IMG/VR virus record: IMGVR_UViG_3300032212_000001
Origin: an uncultured virus (IMG/VR IMGVR_UViG_3300032212_000001)
Lineage: Duplodnaviria > Heunggongvirae > Uroviricota > Caudoviricetes
Strand: one strand, 5' to 3'
Length of the DNA: 62,372 bases
Position 1 is the first letter of the stretch. Each line of letters begins with the position of its first letter. This document shows, in pieces, positions 9,727 to 22,500 of this stretch. The notes under the pieces were generated by a model. That model ran no database searches. It was not told the origin of the DNA and saw only the letters and a list, made by a program, of their open reading frames with translations. The position numbers were made by a program, and so were the translations under genes.

Positions 9727-12700
9727 ATGTCTGGCGAAGTAATTGATCTCTACGAAGATGGTGATGTTGTCTGTGTTAAGCCCCGAGACCGAATCGGCGG
9801 TGACAGATGGAAAGATTACGTAAAAGCCAATCGTCGAGGTGGCGTCGTCTGGGACAGGAAGCGTGGCGGTTGCCAGAACATAGTTTCTGTGAGCGGCGTT
9901 CCTGTTATCGTCGCTTCTTATGTTGAATCAGGATTCGTCCCTGTCGCGACGGACTCATTGGCAAAGAAGCTTCGTGACGTAACGGTTGACATGGCCGGTG
10001 ACGACATCAAAGCCGAGATGGAGAATGGCTTTTGTCAAACGGACGCGCAGAGAGAGACGCCTGAAGAGATCAGAAGCCGTGTCGAGTCTGACTTCAGAAA
10101 GATCAGCAAGCGCTTGAATAAGCGCGGTCTACAGCTCGACATTCACCAAGACACGGGCGTCAAGTTTTTGAAGGCACGTAACAAGGCTTTCCTCTGGGAT
10201 GACATGGGCCTTGGGAAAACGGTTCAGGCCCTTTGTGCGATTCCTGAAGAGAATCCCCCCGTTATTGTTGTCTGCCCTCCAAACGTAAAGGGCGTATGGG
10301 TTCGCGAGTCGGCTTTTTGGAGACCTGAATACACAGTAAAGACTCCCGCTTTCGCGTCCCGTGACAAAGATAAGAAAGAAATCGGATCGACTAAGAAACA
10401 GCAGTTTGCTTGGCCCCAAGAGGGTGAGATGGTCGTCATCTCCTATCAGCAACTTCCTCTCATTGAGTCTTTGTGGGGCGACGACTATGGAACTCACAGA
10501 TCCTCAGAGAAACCTAAGTATTGGGATAAAGCCGTTTCTCCTGTGATGAAAGCTCCCAGGGGGACGGTTCTTATTGGCGATGAAATTCATCGCGTAGCTG
10601 GCAAGGGTAGCGGCAAACAAATGTCAGCTCAAGCCGTCAATTTCACTTCCTTGGCCTGGGCTGTTCGTAAGTGTGGCGGTTATACCTGGGGGTTGACCGG
10701 GACGCCCTTGCCAGCGAATCCCCTCCAATTATGGCGACAGCTCACTCGCTTTGGCCTCGCAAGGGACAGTATTGGTAATTTCAATACGTTCATGCTTTAT
10801 TTCGGAGGCGAGAAGGGTCAATACGGTATTGAGTGGAGTTCTTATGGACCTCCAGACGAATACGTTCAAGACCTTGTTGACTCTCTTCGGAAAGTTGCTT
10901 TGAGGCGTGTCAAAGAAGACGTTCTTAAGAACCTTCCGCCTCTCAAGAAAACGGATACGTTCGTTAAGCTTGACAAGAGTGACAAAGAGGTCAAGGAATA
11001 CCTTGATCGAATGAACGAGTTCATTGAGAAACACCTTGGAAACAAAAAGCCGATCAACGAGATGACTCCCCAAGAGTTATTTGGTCGTATGCCAGGGTTT
11101 GAAGATTTCTCTCGTATGCGTTCGCTCATCGCGGGAACAAAGGTCAAAGCGACTATCGAGTATGTCAAGGACCACCTTGATATCGAAGGGATCTATCGGG
11201 AGGTTGCGAAGCTTTATTCAACGCCTGACAAGATTGCCTACGAAGTCAATGAGCGTCTTGAAGAACGCCGGATATTGTTGTTCACGGCAAACGTCATGCC
11301 CGCGACAACGACAATGGAAGAGCTTAACAGCCACATAAAGAGGATGAACACTGTTTACAAGCTTAAGATCCCATTTTGGTCAAAAATTAATACGGAAGTA
11401 ACGAGCGACGAAAAAACCGCTCGCGTTCGCCGCTTTCAAAACAAGTTGAATGACCCCAAAGGGTCGCTTCTTGGCCTTAGCATCGGCATTAGGGCTGGTG
11501 GTGAGGGCTTGACTTTGACCCGTGCGACCCATGGGGCAATTATTGATGTCGAGTGGAATCCTGGTCAGATGGATCAAGCTTTGGCTCGTTTCCATGGTCG
11601 CAACGACAAAATAACGAAAGACAATATCGCGGCTGGTCGAGAATACACTGTGCGATATTTCCTCATCGACCATCCTCTTGAGGAGAGGATGCACCAGATA
11701 CTCTCTGAAAAAGCGGAGACGATAAGAAATTCAGTGGACGCTATGGTATCTCAACCGGACGCTGATATTGATTATGTTCCGCCATGGGCTTATGAAGCAG
11801 AAGGGGAGTCTGGAGAAGAGCCTCTCGTGGCCTCTCTCGAAGGTCTCATGACGACGACTGAGTATGTCGAGGAGAAAGACGCCTTGGAGTCGGAGAGGTC
11901 AAAGGAAGTCGCTGACAAGGTTCTGCGAGGCGAAACTGAAGATCTTGAAGAGAGTGACTTCGAGAGCGTACAGAAACAGTGGGTCAAGGATAACCTTCGC
12001 TGGGTAACACTGTGGCACAATAACACGGGATTCTGGGTCGATGAAGATCGTTACAGTTCTTACGCTGGTCGCTATATAAGAACGAAGGGCTACTTCTACG
12101 ATCTCTTTAAGAGCGGTGATATTGACGGTCGCGGATATCCAAATACAAAACGTTGGTCTTGGTTTTTGACTGAGTTGAACAAGACGAAAAGTAGCAAGAA
12201 GCATCTGTCAGTGCCTTGGGAGATTATCGGTAAGAGAGAAGTCCCCCGGTCGGCTCGGACTGATTTGGAAAAAGAAGCCTATCGAATTGCGCCCGATTTC
12301 ATTGAGAATCGTTTTATCAGGCCCGACTGGCAGCATTTCTATGACTCCATGAGGACAGGCTTGAACAGTCTGGAAAAATACACTCGGGATATGCCCGACA
12401 GTAGCAGTGCATTGAACGGCTTGCGAGCTTTTGAGCTTCGTGATGCTGTCATGTCTGGCAAGGGTCTTACGAATCACCAGTTTGCTTATCTTGAAGAGGT
12501 TATTTACGGCAAGAAAATCACCAAGGCTATTCGACAGGAAGAGAGCGAGCTTGATGATTTTCACATGCCAGCCAATGCTCTCGAAGATTGGCTCATGCAG
12601 TGGGCCATAACTATGCAAGGTCGGGATCTTGATAAAGCGACAGTTCAGAATAAGTGGGGTTGGAGAAAGAGTCATTCACCGGATGGTCATGCCTTCGCGA

Positions 12701-15700
12701 ACGCCTTTCATGCAGAGTTGGGCTTGACTGACAAGTTCTACAAGAAACTTGAAAGCATGTTGAAGGTTTATGGAGGTAAGAAAACGGATCATGGTGAAGG
12801 TGCCCAGGTTCCTGATTTCCACTCCAGGCCCAAGGCGAGCGATCCCTTTGAAAGTGACTTCAAGATCGACGAGGGTTCATCAGCTCCCAAAGAGGTGAAG
12901 CCAAGGAAGAAGAAAACTGTGACAAAGACAGAGATAACGAAGCCGTTCGATAAGAAGCAGGTTCTTTCAGCCTTCAGTTTCCCATCCAGAGATTTAGCAG
13001 ATGGTTTTCGTGATGTTGCGGTGTCGGATCATTCCGATGTTATTTCAGTGACAAAACCTGACGAAGACAACGATATGGATTTGCTTGTTCGTGGAGAAGA
13101 GGCAATGGCTAAATACCGAAATATCGCAAAGGAATACGGTGGTGAGGAGATAAAAGATGAGTGGCCGGAGGAGCGTCCCCATGACCCAGAAGCTTCGGTG
13201 AAAGAATCAGAGAGGTTGATCTTCATGAGCAAGCTTATGAAGAAGTCTTTCAACCAGCTTGACGCTTGGCGCTGGACCAAGCTCTTGAAGGTCGGCGATG
13301 AGGTTTCGGTGAATTGGACCGGGAGCGGAAACCAATACAGCGTGAAACGTGGCAAGATCGTTAAGATCCTGAAGAATGTCATGAGAGTCGAGCTTCTCGA
13401 CTTCTACGGGGTTCCTTACTCGAACTACAAGGTCGGATCGACTGTTGATGTCCCCTACGGACGCCTCGATTCAAGTCGAAATATGACTTGGCAGAACGGA
13501 GTCTTCCCTGTCGGTTGGAGGAGCGAAGAAGAGGAAGCAAAGATTGAAGCGACTCACGCTTCTTTGGATAAAGCGCTTGCTGAATCAAAGGCTAAGAAGT
13601 CAAGCGTTGTGGACGAAGAATGGGCTCGGGCCGCTGAAAAGAACAAGAAGGACGCTGAAAAGAATCACAAGATGATTGAAGGTCTTGTTGGCAACGTGTT
13701 TCTTCATTCCAGTGGCGCTGGCATGAATGATTACTACTCGATATTGGTTGGCGTTGATCCTCTGGAAAAGAAGTCATACGGCTGGCATGTCTCCGGCAAG
13801 CTGAGAATTATTGGCGATCCTACGGAATCTATCTATTCGGATGGTGACTTCGATGCTCTTACACTTCCTGTCTACAAATATGGAGAGCGCAAGGGTATAG
13901 GCGTCTACATAATGACGCCTGAGCAGTTAAAGGAAAAACTTCGCTTCCATATCGAGCGAGGCACGATCCCAGACAAGATTAAGCAACTCATGGGTATCTG
14001 GGAAGAACCCCAGCGCGACGATGGGAAAACGTTTTCCGTTGGCGATGTCGTTCGGTCAGTGGATGACTCGGAGCCTATGTCTTATTTGGTTCTTGACGAG
14101 GTTGACGCGGATGGCTATCAACCCATCTATCCTCTAAAAGACCCTGGCATGGAAGATTGGGACCGGAATCATGTAGAGCTTGCTGATGAAGAGAAGAATC
14201 TTCGTCTTGTGAAAAAGTCCCCAGGGGATTACACATTCTACGGCGCGGGCGCTGGTGACTTGTGGGACTCATTCGTATCCTTCATTGGAAAGAGCTTCCT
14301 CGTCGATCCTGAAAGGTCTGACAAGGCTTTGTCTTTTTGGCGTAAGCACGATAAAGACGGCTATTCAAGAATAGGTATTGACGAAGATTCCAATGACTTC
14401 TACGGAAGAAAGAGACCTGTTAAAAAGGTTCAGGAGCCCCAGGAGGAACTGGTTTATTACTACACGACAGCGGAGGAAGACTATGACGGCTTTGGAACGA
14501 AGACCGTTGAGAGCGACGTGGGCCTTGATAGTCGAGGTCGTCCATTCCGCAAGGTTGGTATTAAGCCAAAGAGCGAGAAGTGGCAGGTTCAGCGTTATTG
14601 GTCTGGAAATCATAGGCCGCTGAGTGAGGAAGAGTTTTCTGAACAGGTTTCTATGGGTCTTATAAAGCCCATTGTCGATCCAGAAGAAGACGAAACAGAG
14701 AAGCGATTCAAGGCCATTGTTTCCATGTCTGGAATGGGGAAGCGAGTCAATACGGCGGATATTGAGAGAGCCTTGGAGGAGGCCCAGGAGATTGGGCTAT
14801 TAGACCAGTTCGCTGAGTGGGCGCGGTCCCAAAGCTTTGTCTCAGGTTTCTTTGAGCGCTTCGAGTCGGTTTTTAATGAGTTCTTGGAGGAGGAAGGGGA
14901 TTCAGAAGAAGTCCGTGTTTCCTCTGAGTCTGTTGAGAGTTTAGATCCTATAAATCATCCAATTTGGCTTTACGATGAAATTCTCGATTACTACTTGCGT
15001 CACCTTGCTGACAGCAAAGACTCTGTTCGCTCGGCGGCGTTTGCTGGTATTGACATTCCAAGGGAGCCTGGGAGCTTTTATGGATTGATGGACGAGCATA
15101 AAGAAAAGGCCCGGAGTTTCTTGGCAAGTGGCTTGAAGTCTGTGAGAATTGAGAAGCACATTGATAGCCAGCCTCTCTTGGCTCCTCGTTACGATGAGAA
15201 ATTCTTGGACGATGTTGTCAAGGTTGCATGGTATTGGCCTGATAAGCCAGAGGACATGATTGGCGAAGAGTTGCCAGCCGAAATCATTGATGAGTTGCCG
15301 GTGGAAGAAGCTGAGTTCTTCAAGGCAGAGAAGGAGATCCCTGTGTTCCGGCCATTGATAGCTGACGATTTCTTAGACGAGATGTTCCAGAAAGCTTGGG
15401 ATGACATTCTCGAAGACACAGGCGCAGTCGAGCGTGATTATTACGAAGAGACGACGCAAAGGCTCAAGCCCAAGATTGTCCAGATTTTCTCTCAAATGTT
15501 CATGAAGGTGAACGTTTCTACTGCGCTAAGGTGGTTGGAAGACGTTCAGCCGAACGTGATGTCCGTTTTTAGCCTTCGGAAGCATTGGGTAGAAGAGTTG
15601 TCTCCGTTGGATTTAGGAGAAAGTGAGGCCATAGAGTCTTCTCTAAAGATGATAGAGAAGGTTCATCGCGTTGACAATGATTTGTGCGCCGACTTTGATA

Positions 15701-16491
15701 GCCAGAAGTGCCAGAACTGGAGAGTTGTTCGGTCCTATCTCGGCGAGTTGTATGAAGACTTGAGCTATGGCGACATTGGAGAGATAAAGTCTGTCCCAGA
15801 CGAGATTAAATCAGAAGCCGAGAAAGAATATCAGCGTATTCATACAGGTCAAAAACGCGCATGGTCGAATGGCTTCGATCTTGATGTTGGTCAAGTTTAT
15901 TATTTGAATGACTATCATTCAGAGGGAGCTGGATACTTCTTCAAGATCGTTGAAGACTTTGTTCGCGGTGGACAAGACTATGCAAGAGTCTTGGAGCTTC
16001 GCCCGAAGAGAAGCACTGAAATTGTCGAAAAAGAATATGGTCCTGCAAGATTTATAAATATGGACGGCAATTTCAATGAAGTCGATGGATTTCCAGATCC
16101 CAAGGTTCCTGTCGTATTTACTCTTAAGGCTCGGTGGGATGGCTATGAATACAAAGCCGACTACAACTGGTTCAAGGATTACGCTTCTGGTATGCGTTCT
16201 CCCAATAGCTATAAAACGGCTTCAGGCGCTTTGCGTCGAGCTTTGAAAGAGTCTTCAGATTTGAGGTCCAGCTTGGAAGAGGCCGGATGGGAACTCGTGA
16301 TTAAGAAAGAAGTCCTGGGTGGTCCCAATGATTACAAAGAGAAGAAGGAATCGAAGAAAACGGTTTCCACGTCAAAAGCTCCTGTGAAGGAGAGTCCTAA
16401 GCCTGTAGAATCTTCCAGAGCAGAAGAATTTGAGAAAGGTCTTATGGGTGCCGTTGGTGGAGCTTTGGACGATCTTCTTGGAAGTCTTTGA
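9727..16491 (+). CDS. Giant SNF2-family (HARP/SMARCAL1-like) helicase with a long accessory C-terminal region
   Basis: DDMGLGKT, DEIH, GLTGTP, GGEGLTLTRA and WNPGQMDQALAR motifs in the first ~680 aa; ATG 9727 follows GGAG. Confidence 0.9.
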   Translation: MSGEVIDLYEDGDVVCVKPRDRIGGDRWKDYVKANRRGGVVWDRKRGGCQNIVSVSGVPVIVASYVESGFVPVATDSLAKKLRDVTVDMAGDDIKAEMENGFCQTDAQRETPEEIRSRVESDFRKISKRLNKRGLQLDIHQDTGVKFLKARNKAFLWDDMGLGKTVQALCAIPEENPPVIVVCPPNVKGVWVRESAFWRPEYTVKTPAFASRDKDKKEIGSTKKQQFAWPQEGEMVVISYQQLPLIESLWGDDYGTHRSSEKPKYWDKAVSPVMKAPRGTVLIGDEIHRVAGKGSGKQMSAQAVNFTSLAWAVRKCGGYTWGLTGTPLPANPLQLWRQLTRFGLARDSIGNFNTFMLYFGGEKGQYGIEWSSYGPPDEYVQDLVDSLRKVALRRVKEDVLKNLPPLKKTDTFVKLDKSDKEVKEYLDRMNEFIEKHLGNKKPINEMTPQELFGRMPGFEDFSRMRSLIAGTKVKATIEYVKDHLDIEGIYREVAKLYSTPDKIAYEVNERLEERRILLFTANVMPATTTMEELNSHIKRMNTVYKLKIPFWSKINTEVTSDEKTARVRRFQNKLNDPKGSLLGLSIGIRAGGEGLTLTRATHGAIIDVEWNPGQMDQALARFHGRNDKITKDNIAAGREYTVRYFLIDHPLEERMHQILSEKAETIRNSVDAMVSQPDADIDYVPPWAYEAEGESGEEPLVASLEGLMTTTEYVEEKDALESERSKEVADKVLRGETEDLEESDFESVQKQWVKDNLRWVTLWHNNTGFWVDEDRYSSYAGRYIRTKGYFYDLFKSGDIDGRGYPNTKRWSWFLTELNKTKSSKKHLSVPWEIIGKREVPRSARTDLEKEAYRIAPDFIENRFIRPDWQHFYDSMRTGLNSLEKYTRDMPDSSSALNGLRAFELRDAVMSGKGLTNHQFAYLEEVIYGKKITKAIRQEESELDDFHMPANALEDWLMQWAITMQGRDLDKATVQNKWGWRKSHSPDGHAFANAFHAELGLTDKFYKKLESMLKVYGGKKTDHGEGAQVPDFHSRPKASDPFESDFKIDEGSSAPKEVKPRKKKTVTKTEITKPFDKKQVLSAFSFPSRDLADGFRDVAVSDHSDVISVTKPDEDNDMDLLVRGEEAMAKYRNIAKEYGGEEIKDEWPEERPHDPEASVKESERLIFMSKLMKKSFNQLDAWRWTKLLKVGDEVSVNWTGSGNQYSVKRGKIVKILKNVMRVELLDFYGVPYSNYKVGSTVDVPYGRLDSSRNMTWQNGVFPVGWRSEEEEAKIEATHASLDKALAESKAKKSSVVDEEWARAAEKNKKDAEKNHKMIEGLVGNVFLHSSGAGMNDYYSILVGVDPLEKKSYGWHVSGKLRIIGDPTESIYSDGDFDALTLPVYKYGERKGIGVYIMTPEQLKEKLRFHIERGTIPDKIKQLMGIWEEPQRDDGKTFSVGDVVRSVDDSEPMSYLVLDEVDADGYQPIYPLKDPGMEDWDRNHVELADEEKNLRLVKKSPGDYTFYGAGAGDLWDSFVSFIGKSFLVDPERSDKALSFWRKHDKDGYSRIGIDEDSNDFYGRKRPVKKVQEPQEELVYYYTTAEEDYDGFGTKTVESDVGLDSRGRPFRKVGIKPKSEKWQVQRYWSGNHRPLSEEEFSEQVSMGLIKPIVDPEEDETEKRFKAIVSMSGMGKRVNTADIERALEEAQEIGLLDQFAEWARSQSFVSGFFERFESVFNEFLEEEGDSEEVRVSSESVESLDPINHPIWLYDEILDYYLRHLADSKDSVRSAAFAGIDIPREPGSFYGLMDEHKEKARSFLASGLKSVRIEKHIDSQPLLAPRYDEKFLDDVVKVAWYWPDKPEDMIGEELPAEIIDELPVEEAEFFKAEKEIPVFRPLIADDFLDEMFQKAWDDILEDTGAVERDYYEETTQRLKPKIVQIFSQMFMKVNVSTALRWLEDVQPNVMSVFSLRKHWVEELSPLDLGESEAIESSLKMIEKVHRVDNDLCADFDSQKCQNWRVVRSYLGELYEDLSYGDIGEIKSVPDEIKSEAEKEYQRIHTGQKRAWSNGFDLDVGQVYYLNDYHSEGAGYFFKIVEDFVRGGQDYARVLELRPKRSTEIVEKEYGPARFINMDGNFNEVDGFPDPKVPVVFTLKARWDGYEYKADYNWFKDYASGMRSPNSYKTASGALRRALKESSDLRSSLEEAGWELVIKKEVLGGPNDYKEKKESKKTVSTSKAPVKESPKPVESSRAEEFEKGLMGAVGGALDDLLGSL

Positions 16492-16509
16492 TCTCAGATA
16501 AGGTGTGAT

Positions 16510-19500
16510 ATGAGTGCTGTAGAGAAAGCCCGCAAGCTAGCTAATGCTCCTGCGGGAAAAGTCGTTGATTTGTTGCGTGTCTATGTTGCCAAGAGGATGA
16601 CAGGCTTCTCCAGTGCAGAGTTTGCTCACTACTTCGAGATGTTTCGAGATAGACTTGTAAGCCTTGTTGAGCGGAAACAGGCTGCTATCAGACTAAAGCT
16701 TGGTATGTCTGACCCTGCTTCTCTGACAGAGAAGGTTGAGAGCTTTCAAGACCTTTCGATGGTTCCGACTCGCGATCTCCGAAAGGACGTTCCTTCTTAC
16801 GCAATCCCCGCCGAGATAACGGGTGAGAAGAAGCGTGAGAGGCATAATCTTGAAGCGATGCGCCTTGTCACGAGCAAGTCACCTTCAGGAATGACGGACG
16901 AAGACAAAACAGTTCTCGCTGCTTATTCCGGGTGGGGTGGCCTTTCAATCGCGAAAAACGACGATGAGATGGAGAAGATACTCCCCGCTGGCTTTCGTCC
17001 CGAGAAGCGCGGTCTCATTCATGAATACTACACACCGCCCCATTTGGCTGAAGACCTTGCCCGTTTTATGTCAACGATCATCAATGACCTTTATGAAAAG
17101 CATGGCGAGCCTCTTGTTTGTTTGGAGCCCGCCGCTGGTGTTGGTCGCTTTATAAGGGCTTTTAGGGACGAAGATTCGGGGCTTCCAGACCAGTCATGGA
17201 CGGCAGTGGAGTATTCCAAGGTTTCCGCCTCGATTCTCCAGGGTCTAGGTATTGCTGACCACGCTGTCCATTCTTCATTCGAGCGTTGGGCAGACACAAA
17301 CGAAGACCTATACCGTAAAAACGTACACTTGGTTGTGTCGAATCCTCCTTACGGTAAGCGCGGAGTCTCTATCAAAGAAGACACAGACGCGATATCGACT
17401 GAGGAAAGACGACGCGCCTACGCTTACTTTCTGCGTCGTGGTCTCGACTTCCTGGCCCCAGGTGGAATAGGAGTGATGTTGATTCCTGCGGGGTTCATGA
17501 CGGGAGACGTGAATGGAGTTGCTGGAACTCTGCGTAGGCGTGTTCTCAGCGAGTATCACGTTCTAGGCGCTTTCCGACTCCCTAGCAAGCTTTTCCCCGG
17601 AGCGAACCTTGTCACTGATCTCATTATCTTTCGATCCCGTGGTGGTCAGGTCACGGGCTCCCTGAAGGGCATCGACGATACGGTTGTGTCAGGGAAGTAT
17701 TTTGAGCATTATCCAGAGAGAATCCTTGGCATCGAGGAAAACAGTTCCAAGGCTGGTGAGACTGAGGAGCATAAAGCAAAAGGCCGTTGGGCTTACAAGA
17801 TTCACTTTGCGAACGCTGATTTTTATGACGTAGGCGATAAGATTTATAAAGAGGATGGGTCTTTCAGGGTTGCTAAGAAGCAGACTTACCTTGGGGGCTC
17901 TTTCGATGGCTTTCCTCCGTCCTTCAATACTCATACGATGGAATCTTACGATCTCATCGATCCAAAGAAACGGAAGAAGACATCTTCGAGCACTGGCCTT
18001 GGTAAAAGGAAACTTACGGATAAACAGAGAGCACAACAAAAGGGTTCTTTTGACGATCACATTTACCAAGCAGCGGAGCTTGGTGTTCGTTACAACCGAT
18101 ACTTCGCGCAAGTTGCTGTTGACGATCCTGAAGCAGAAGACTCATGGCTTGAGCTGAAGGAAGCTTTTGAGTCTTGGATTGATATCCAAGGGGAAGAAGG
18201 GCGTCCACGGAATCCTTGGGGAGACCCATCTTTGACTGTGGCCTTGAAGAAAAACAAGCGCAAGGACGACCTACAAACGTTTCTTTCGGCCTTCGAGTCA
18301 AACGGGATGTTTGTAAAGTCCTTCTCCGACAAACCAGTCATCCAGAAAGCGTTTTCCTTAAACCCCAATGATGTTGTTTCTCAGGCAGATGAGCTTTTCC
18401 GAAGAAGGCAAGAGCTTACTGTTGTTGAGCTTTTTAATTACCACGTCGATATTGGTGGCCCTTACGACACCATGGCTCTTTTCAGAAGAGGAGCTTTGCC
18501 TATTCTTTACAAGGCTGGCTGGGCTCATGATGGAAACTCTTGGGATGAGCTTGTTCCCAGCGACAGCTATTACGTCGGTGACTTGAACCCTAAACTTTTC
18601 AGGGCTCGGGACGCTGCCAAAAAGGGTCTTGTCAACGCTGTTGAGCAGAGAGACAAGCTTGTCGAGATTATTGGCTGGGAGGATATCGGAGACATCGACA
18701 TGAATCCCTCTCATGGTTGGCTTCCTATCGATGTCATCGAACAATTTGTCAATGAGAAGATCATCGACGTTATCGACGAGAAATACCCAGGAGACAACCA
18801 ACCGAAGAAGCTTTACAAAGACGAGGACGGTCTGATTAAGATCGAAGGCGTTGACTACTTGGAAATGAAGAGCCTCGCAAAAGTCAAAGACAAGATCAAT
18901 CGAGAGACCCGAGACTTTGTTGGCTACTTGAATCATGACAAGCAGCGTTTCTCGCCTTACCAGCCAGAGGTAAGGATTCTCGTCGGAGACGAGTGGAAGT
19001 GGGTTCCTGAAAACATTGAGATCGTGAAGAAGAGGAAGATGGCCGAGTGGGAGCCCATGTTTGAGTCTTTCGTGAAGCAAGACGTGGCGATTTCAGAGAA
19101 AGTTGAGAAGGTTTACAACAGTCTCTTCAAAGGATTCATTCACCCCACATTCAGCGGAGAGCCTCTTAGTGTTGCTCGTTGGAAGTCAAAAGACAAGGGC
19201 GGTCGGGATCTTTACCCTTACCAAGCTCAGGCTGCACGTCGCGTTATCAAGAATCGCGGTGGTTTGATTGCTTTCGACGTTGGCTTGGGTAAGACCTACA
19301 CTGGCCTAGCTGTTCTCGCAAGGGCTCGCCAGGAGGGCTGGGCCAAGCGTCCTGTCATACTGGTTCCTAAGCACATCACCTGGAAATGGTACAAAGACAT
19401 AAGGACAGTGCTTCCTGATTATCGAATTGGCGTTATCGGTTCTGAAAAATACACGAATCGGAAAGGGGAGGTAATATCTCGCCTGGAAAGTAAAGAAGAA

Positions 19501-22500
19501 CGCTCGGCCAAGTGGCGTAAGTTCCAGCGCGGTGAGTTCGATGTTGTGATCTTGACCTATGAGAGCTTGGCTTTGACTCGTGTTGACGAAGAGCATTTGA
19601 ATGACTATGTAGAGCGCACTTCGGCGATCAAGAAGAACATCGCAATCGCCCAGGCCGAAGCTCGCAAGAAGAAAGAATCAGATCCAAACAAGGCTCTTTC
19701 AGAGCGTGAAGAAGCTATTCTCGAAGAGGGCGTTGGTGCCTTTGTTGCAGAGAAACTTGAGCTTGGCGGCAAGCGAAAATACGACCCTGGTATTCAGTGG
19801 GACGAGCTTGGTATTGATTTCCTAATGGTTGATGAAGCCCAGAACTTCAAGAACCTCTATATGCCTCAAGCGGGAACAGGTAACAAGGTTCCCATGTATA
19901 TGGGTTCTGAGGGGAAAGGTTCCAAGAGAGCTTGGCAACTTGATTTCCGTTGCGAGCTTACAAGAAGACAGGCTGAGAGACGCCCTGGCGGAAGCCGAGG
20001 AAATGGCATCGTTCTATTGAGCGCGACACCGGCCAAGAACTCGCCTCTCGAATTTTACAATCTGATTCAATACATCGATCATGAAGTTTGGGCTCGGAGG
20101 GGAATCGTCGATCCACAGCAATTCGTTTCTCGGTATTGTGATTTCCGAACGGATCTCACTGTGAGCACGACTGAGCAGAAGGTTGTTTCACGGGAAATGC
20201 TTGTTGGTTTCAAGAACCTTCACGAGTTGCGCGATGTGATTTTCCGTTATGGCGAGTTCAAGAACGCCGATAGCCCTGAAGTCAAGAGTATCATTGTTGT
20301 TCCGAAGGCTAAGGTTTATCGTCATGAAGTTGAGATGGACGATGTTCAAGCGGAAGAATACGTGAGACTTCGGGCGGATATGGAAGAGGCTATCGAAGAG
20401 TCTAAAAAGAAGATGGCTATGAGTGGAGGCCAGGGCGACAATAGCATGAAGGGTCGTATCTTGCAGATCATGAGCATGATGAGCCTTGTCTCTCTCCATC
20501 CTTTGCTTGTGGATTCTCGGTTGAAGTCTGACGACGACCTTTCGACCAACGAAGACGGTAAGAAAAAGAAGAGGAGTCTTTCAAGCAAGGAAGTTGTGAA
20601 GAAAGCTTCAGCCATTCCAATGGTCGAGCAGCGGTCGGAGAAGCTTGACCAATGCGCCCGTGTTATTTCTCAATGCAGAGAGAACAGACCTGATTGCGGT
20701 CATATCATCTTTGTGGAGAACGTTGCGGTTCACGTATGGATGAAGAACATTCTGGCGGCTGGTATTACTGTTGAATACGCCCCTGACCCTTCCAAGCCTA
20801 ATATTACAAGGCCATACAAGTGTATTAAGGTTCCTCCAGAGCGAATTGCAATACTTAACTCGGTTGAAGCCAAGGGAGACTTGCAGAGGCAAGAGATTGC
20901 GGAGCACTTCAATGGAGATTCAGCGGAGGGTGTGAAGCCAAAGTATGACATTGTTATCGCTAACAAGATCGCATACGAAGGGGTGGACCTTCAAAAGCGC
21001 ACCTGTGCGATCCATCACCTGGACTTGCCCTGGGAGCCAGCAACGCTCCAGCAACGCAATGGCCGAGGCGTGAGGCAGGGCAATGACATTGTTAAAGACG
21101 GTGAAGGGGAAATCAACTTTGTTGGTTTGCATTACTACATCACCGGAGGGACTATGGACGGTTCCAGGTTCCAGGCTATTCGCTTGAAGGCTGGGTGGAT
21201 GAGTGGACTCATAGAAGGTGAGAAACGCAACACTAACAACCCAGCGGCGGATTCGGATGCAGACGAGACGAATTGGCTTGTCTTGACCGCTGCTAATCCA
21301 GAGGAAGCTAGAGAAGCTATTGAGAAACGCAAGAAGATATTCCTTGAGCAACAAAGGGCTGTCGAGCTTGCTGCGTTGTTGAAAGACTTCCGTGAAGCAG
21401 AAAACGCTTTCCGTGCAATGGAAAGGATCGTCAATCCCAAAGCTCTTGAAAGAAAGCGCAAAGCAGCCGAGTCTTATGTTGAGCGTATGAATCGTCGTGT
21501 CTCTACGAATCCGGGGCTGTGGTCCTTCTATGACATCGCTGTTTCAAAGGTAAGAGATCAGCCTGTTGTGATCGTTGGAGGGGAAGAGCCTAATACCCAG
21601 ATTTATCCTGTGTGGGAAGGTTTGCGTATTGCTTCCGATGAAGGAACTCTTTATGAGATCGGCGTGATCCATTCTTATGGAACGATGAAGGATTCTGTTG
21701 GTCTTCGGTATTATGAAGGCTCGGTCGGTGTTGATAAGATTCGACACCAATCCTTCGAGTCCGTTGACTACAACAAGTTTGAAGACTTTGTTAAGAGCGA
21801 GATCGAATCTCGTCATTACGATCCAGAGCAGTGGCCTGAGTATGATTGGGCCTTGTATGAGAAAGAGAATCTGTCCGATTCTGCTCGATATCGGACCCTT
21901 GCTCTCGCTTGCATTGGTCAATATACGCCCCGCTGGCTTGTGAAGAAGGTTTGGGCGAGATACAGCGATCAATTGACGAAGGTTTTGGGTGACGACGATT
22001 GGAGAGGGCCATTCACTTGGCAGTCAAAGAGATACGTCCCAATTTGGTGGCGGAACAAGCATAAGAAAAAGGACTTCTTTCTTACAACTCTCGACAACGC
22101 CAGTAAGGGGGACTCTTACGAAATCATCCCGCCGACAAAAGAGGGTTTTGAGCTATTCAAGAAATACTTCGGCATTGACGGCAAGAGGGACGGTCGCTTG
22201 AGTAGGGCACAGGCTCAAGACATAGTTTCTATGTGGTGGGGCTACGGCTTTATTCTTCCTTACGGACTTCGCAACAAGGACAAGAAGAAGAACCCCTTGG
22301 TCCTTGCAGGGAATCCTGTCGGTTCATATGGTGCTGAAGACATTGTTACAGGAAGGGCCGATGATAGAGCTTTTGATCTGGAGGATCTGTCTCCAGGCAA
22401 TGATTCTTCATACAAAGCGGCCAAGAACGCAGTAAAGAGACGTTATGGCGATCCAGACATTGCAGTCGAGGTTGATTTGCCCAATGAGATCTCAGAATAT

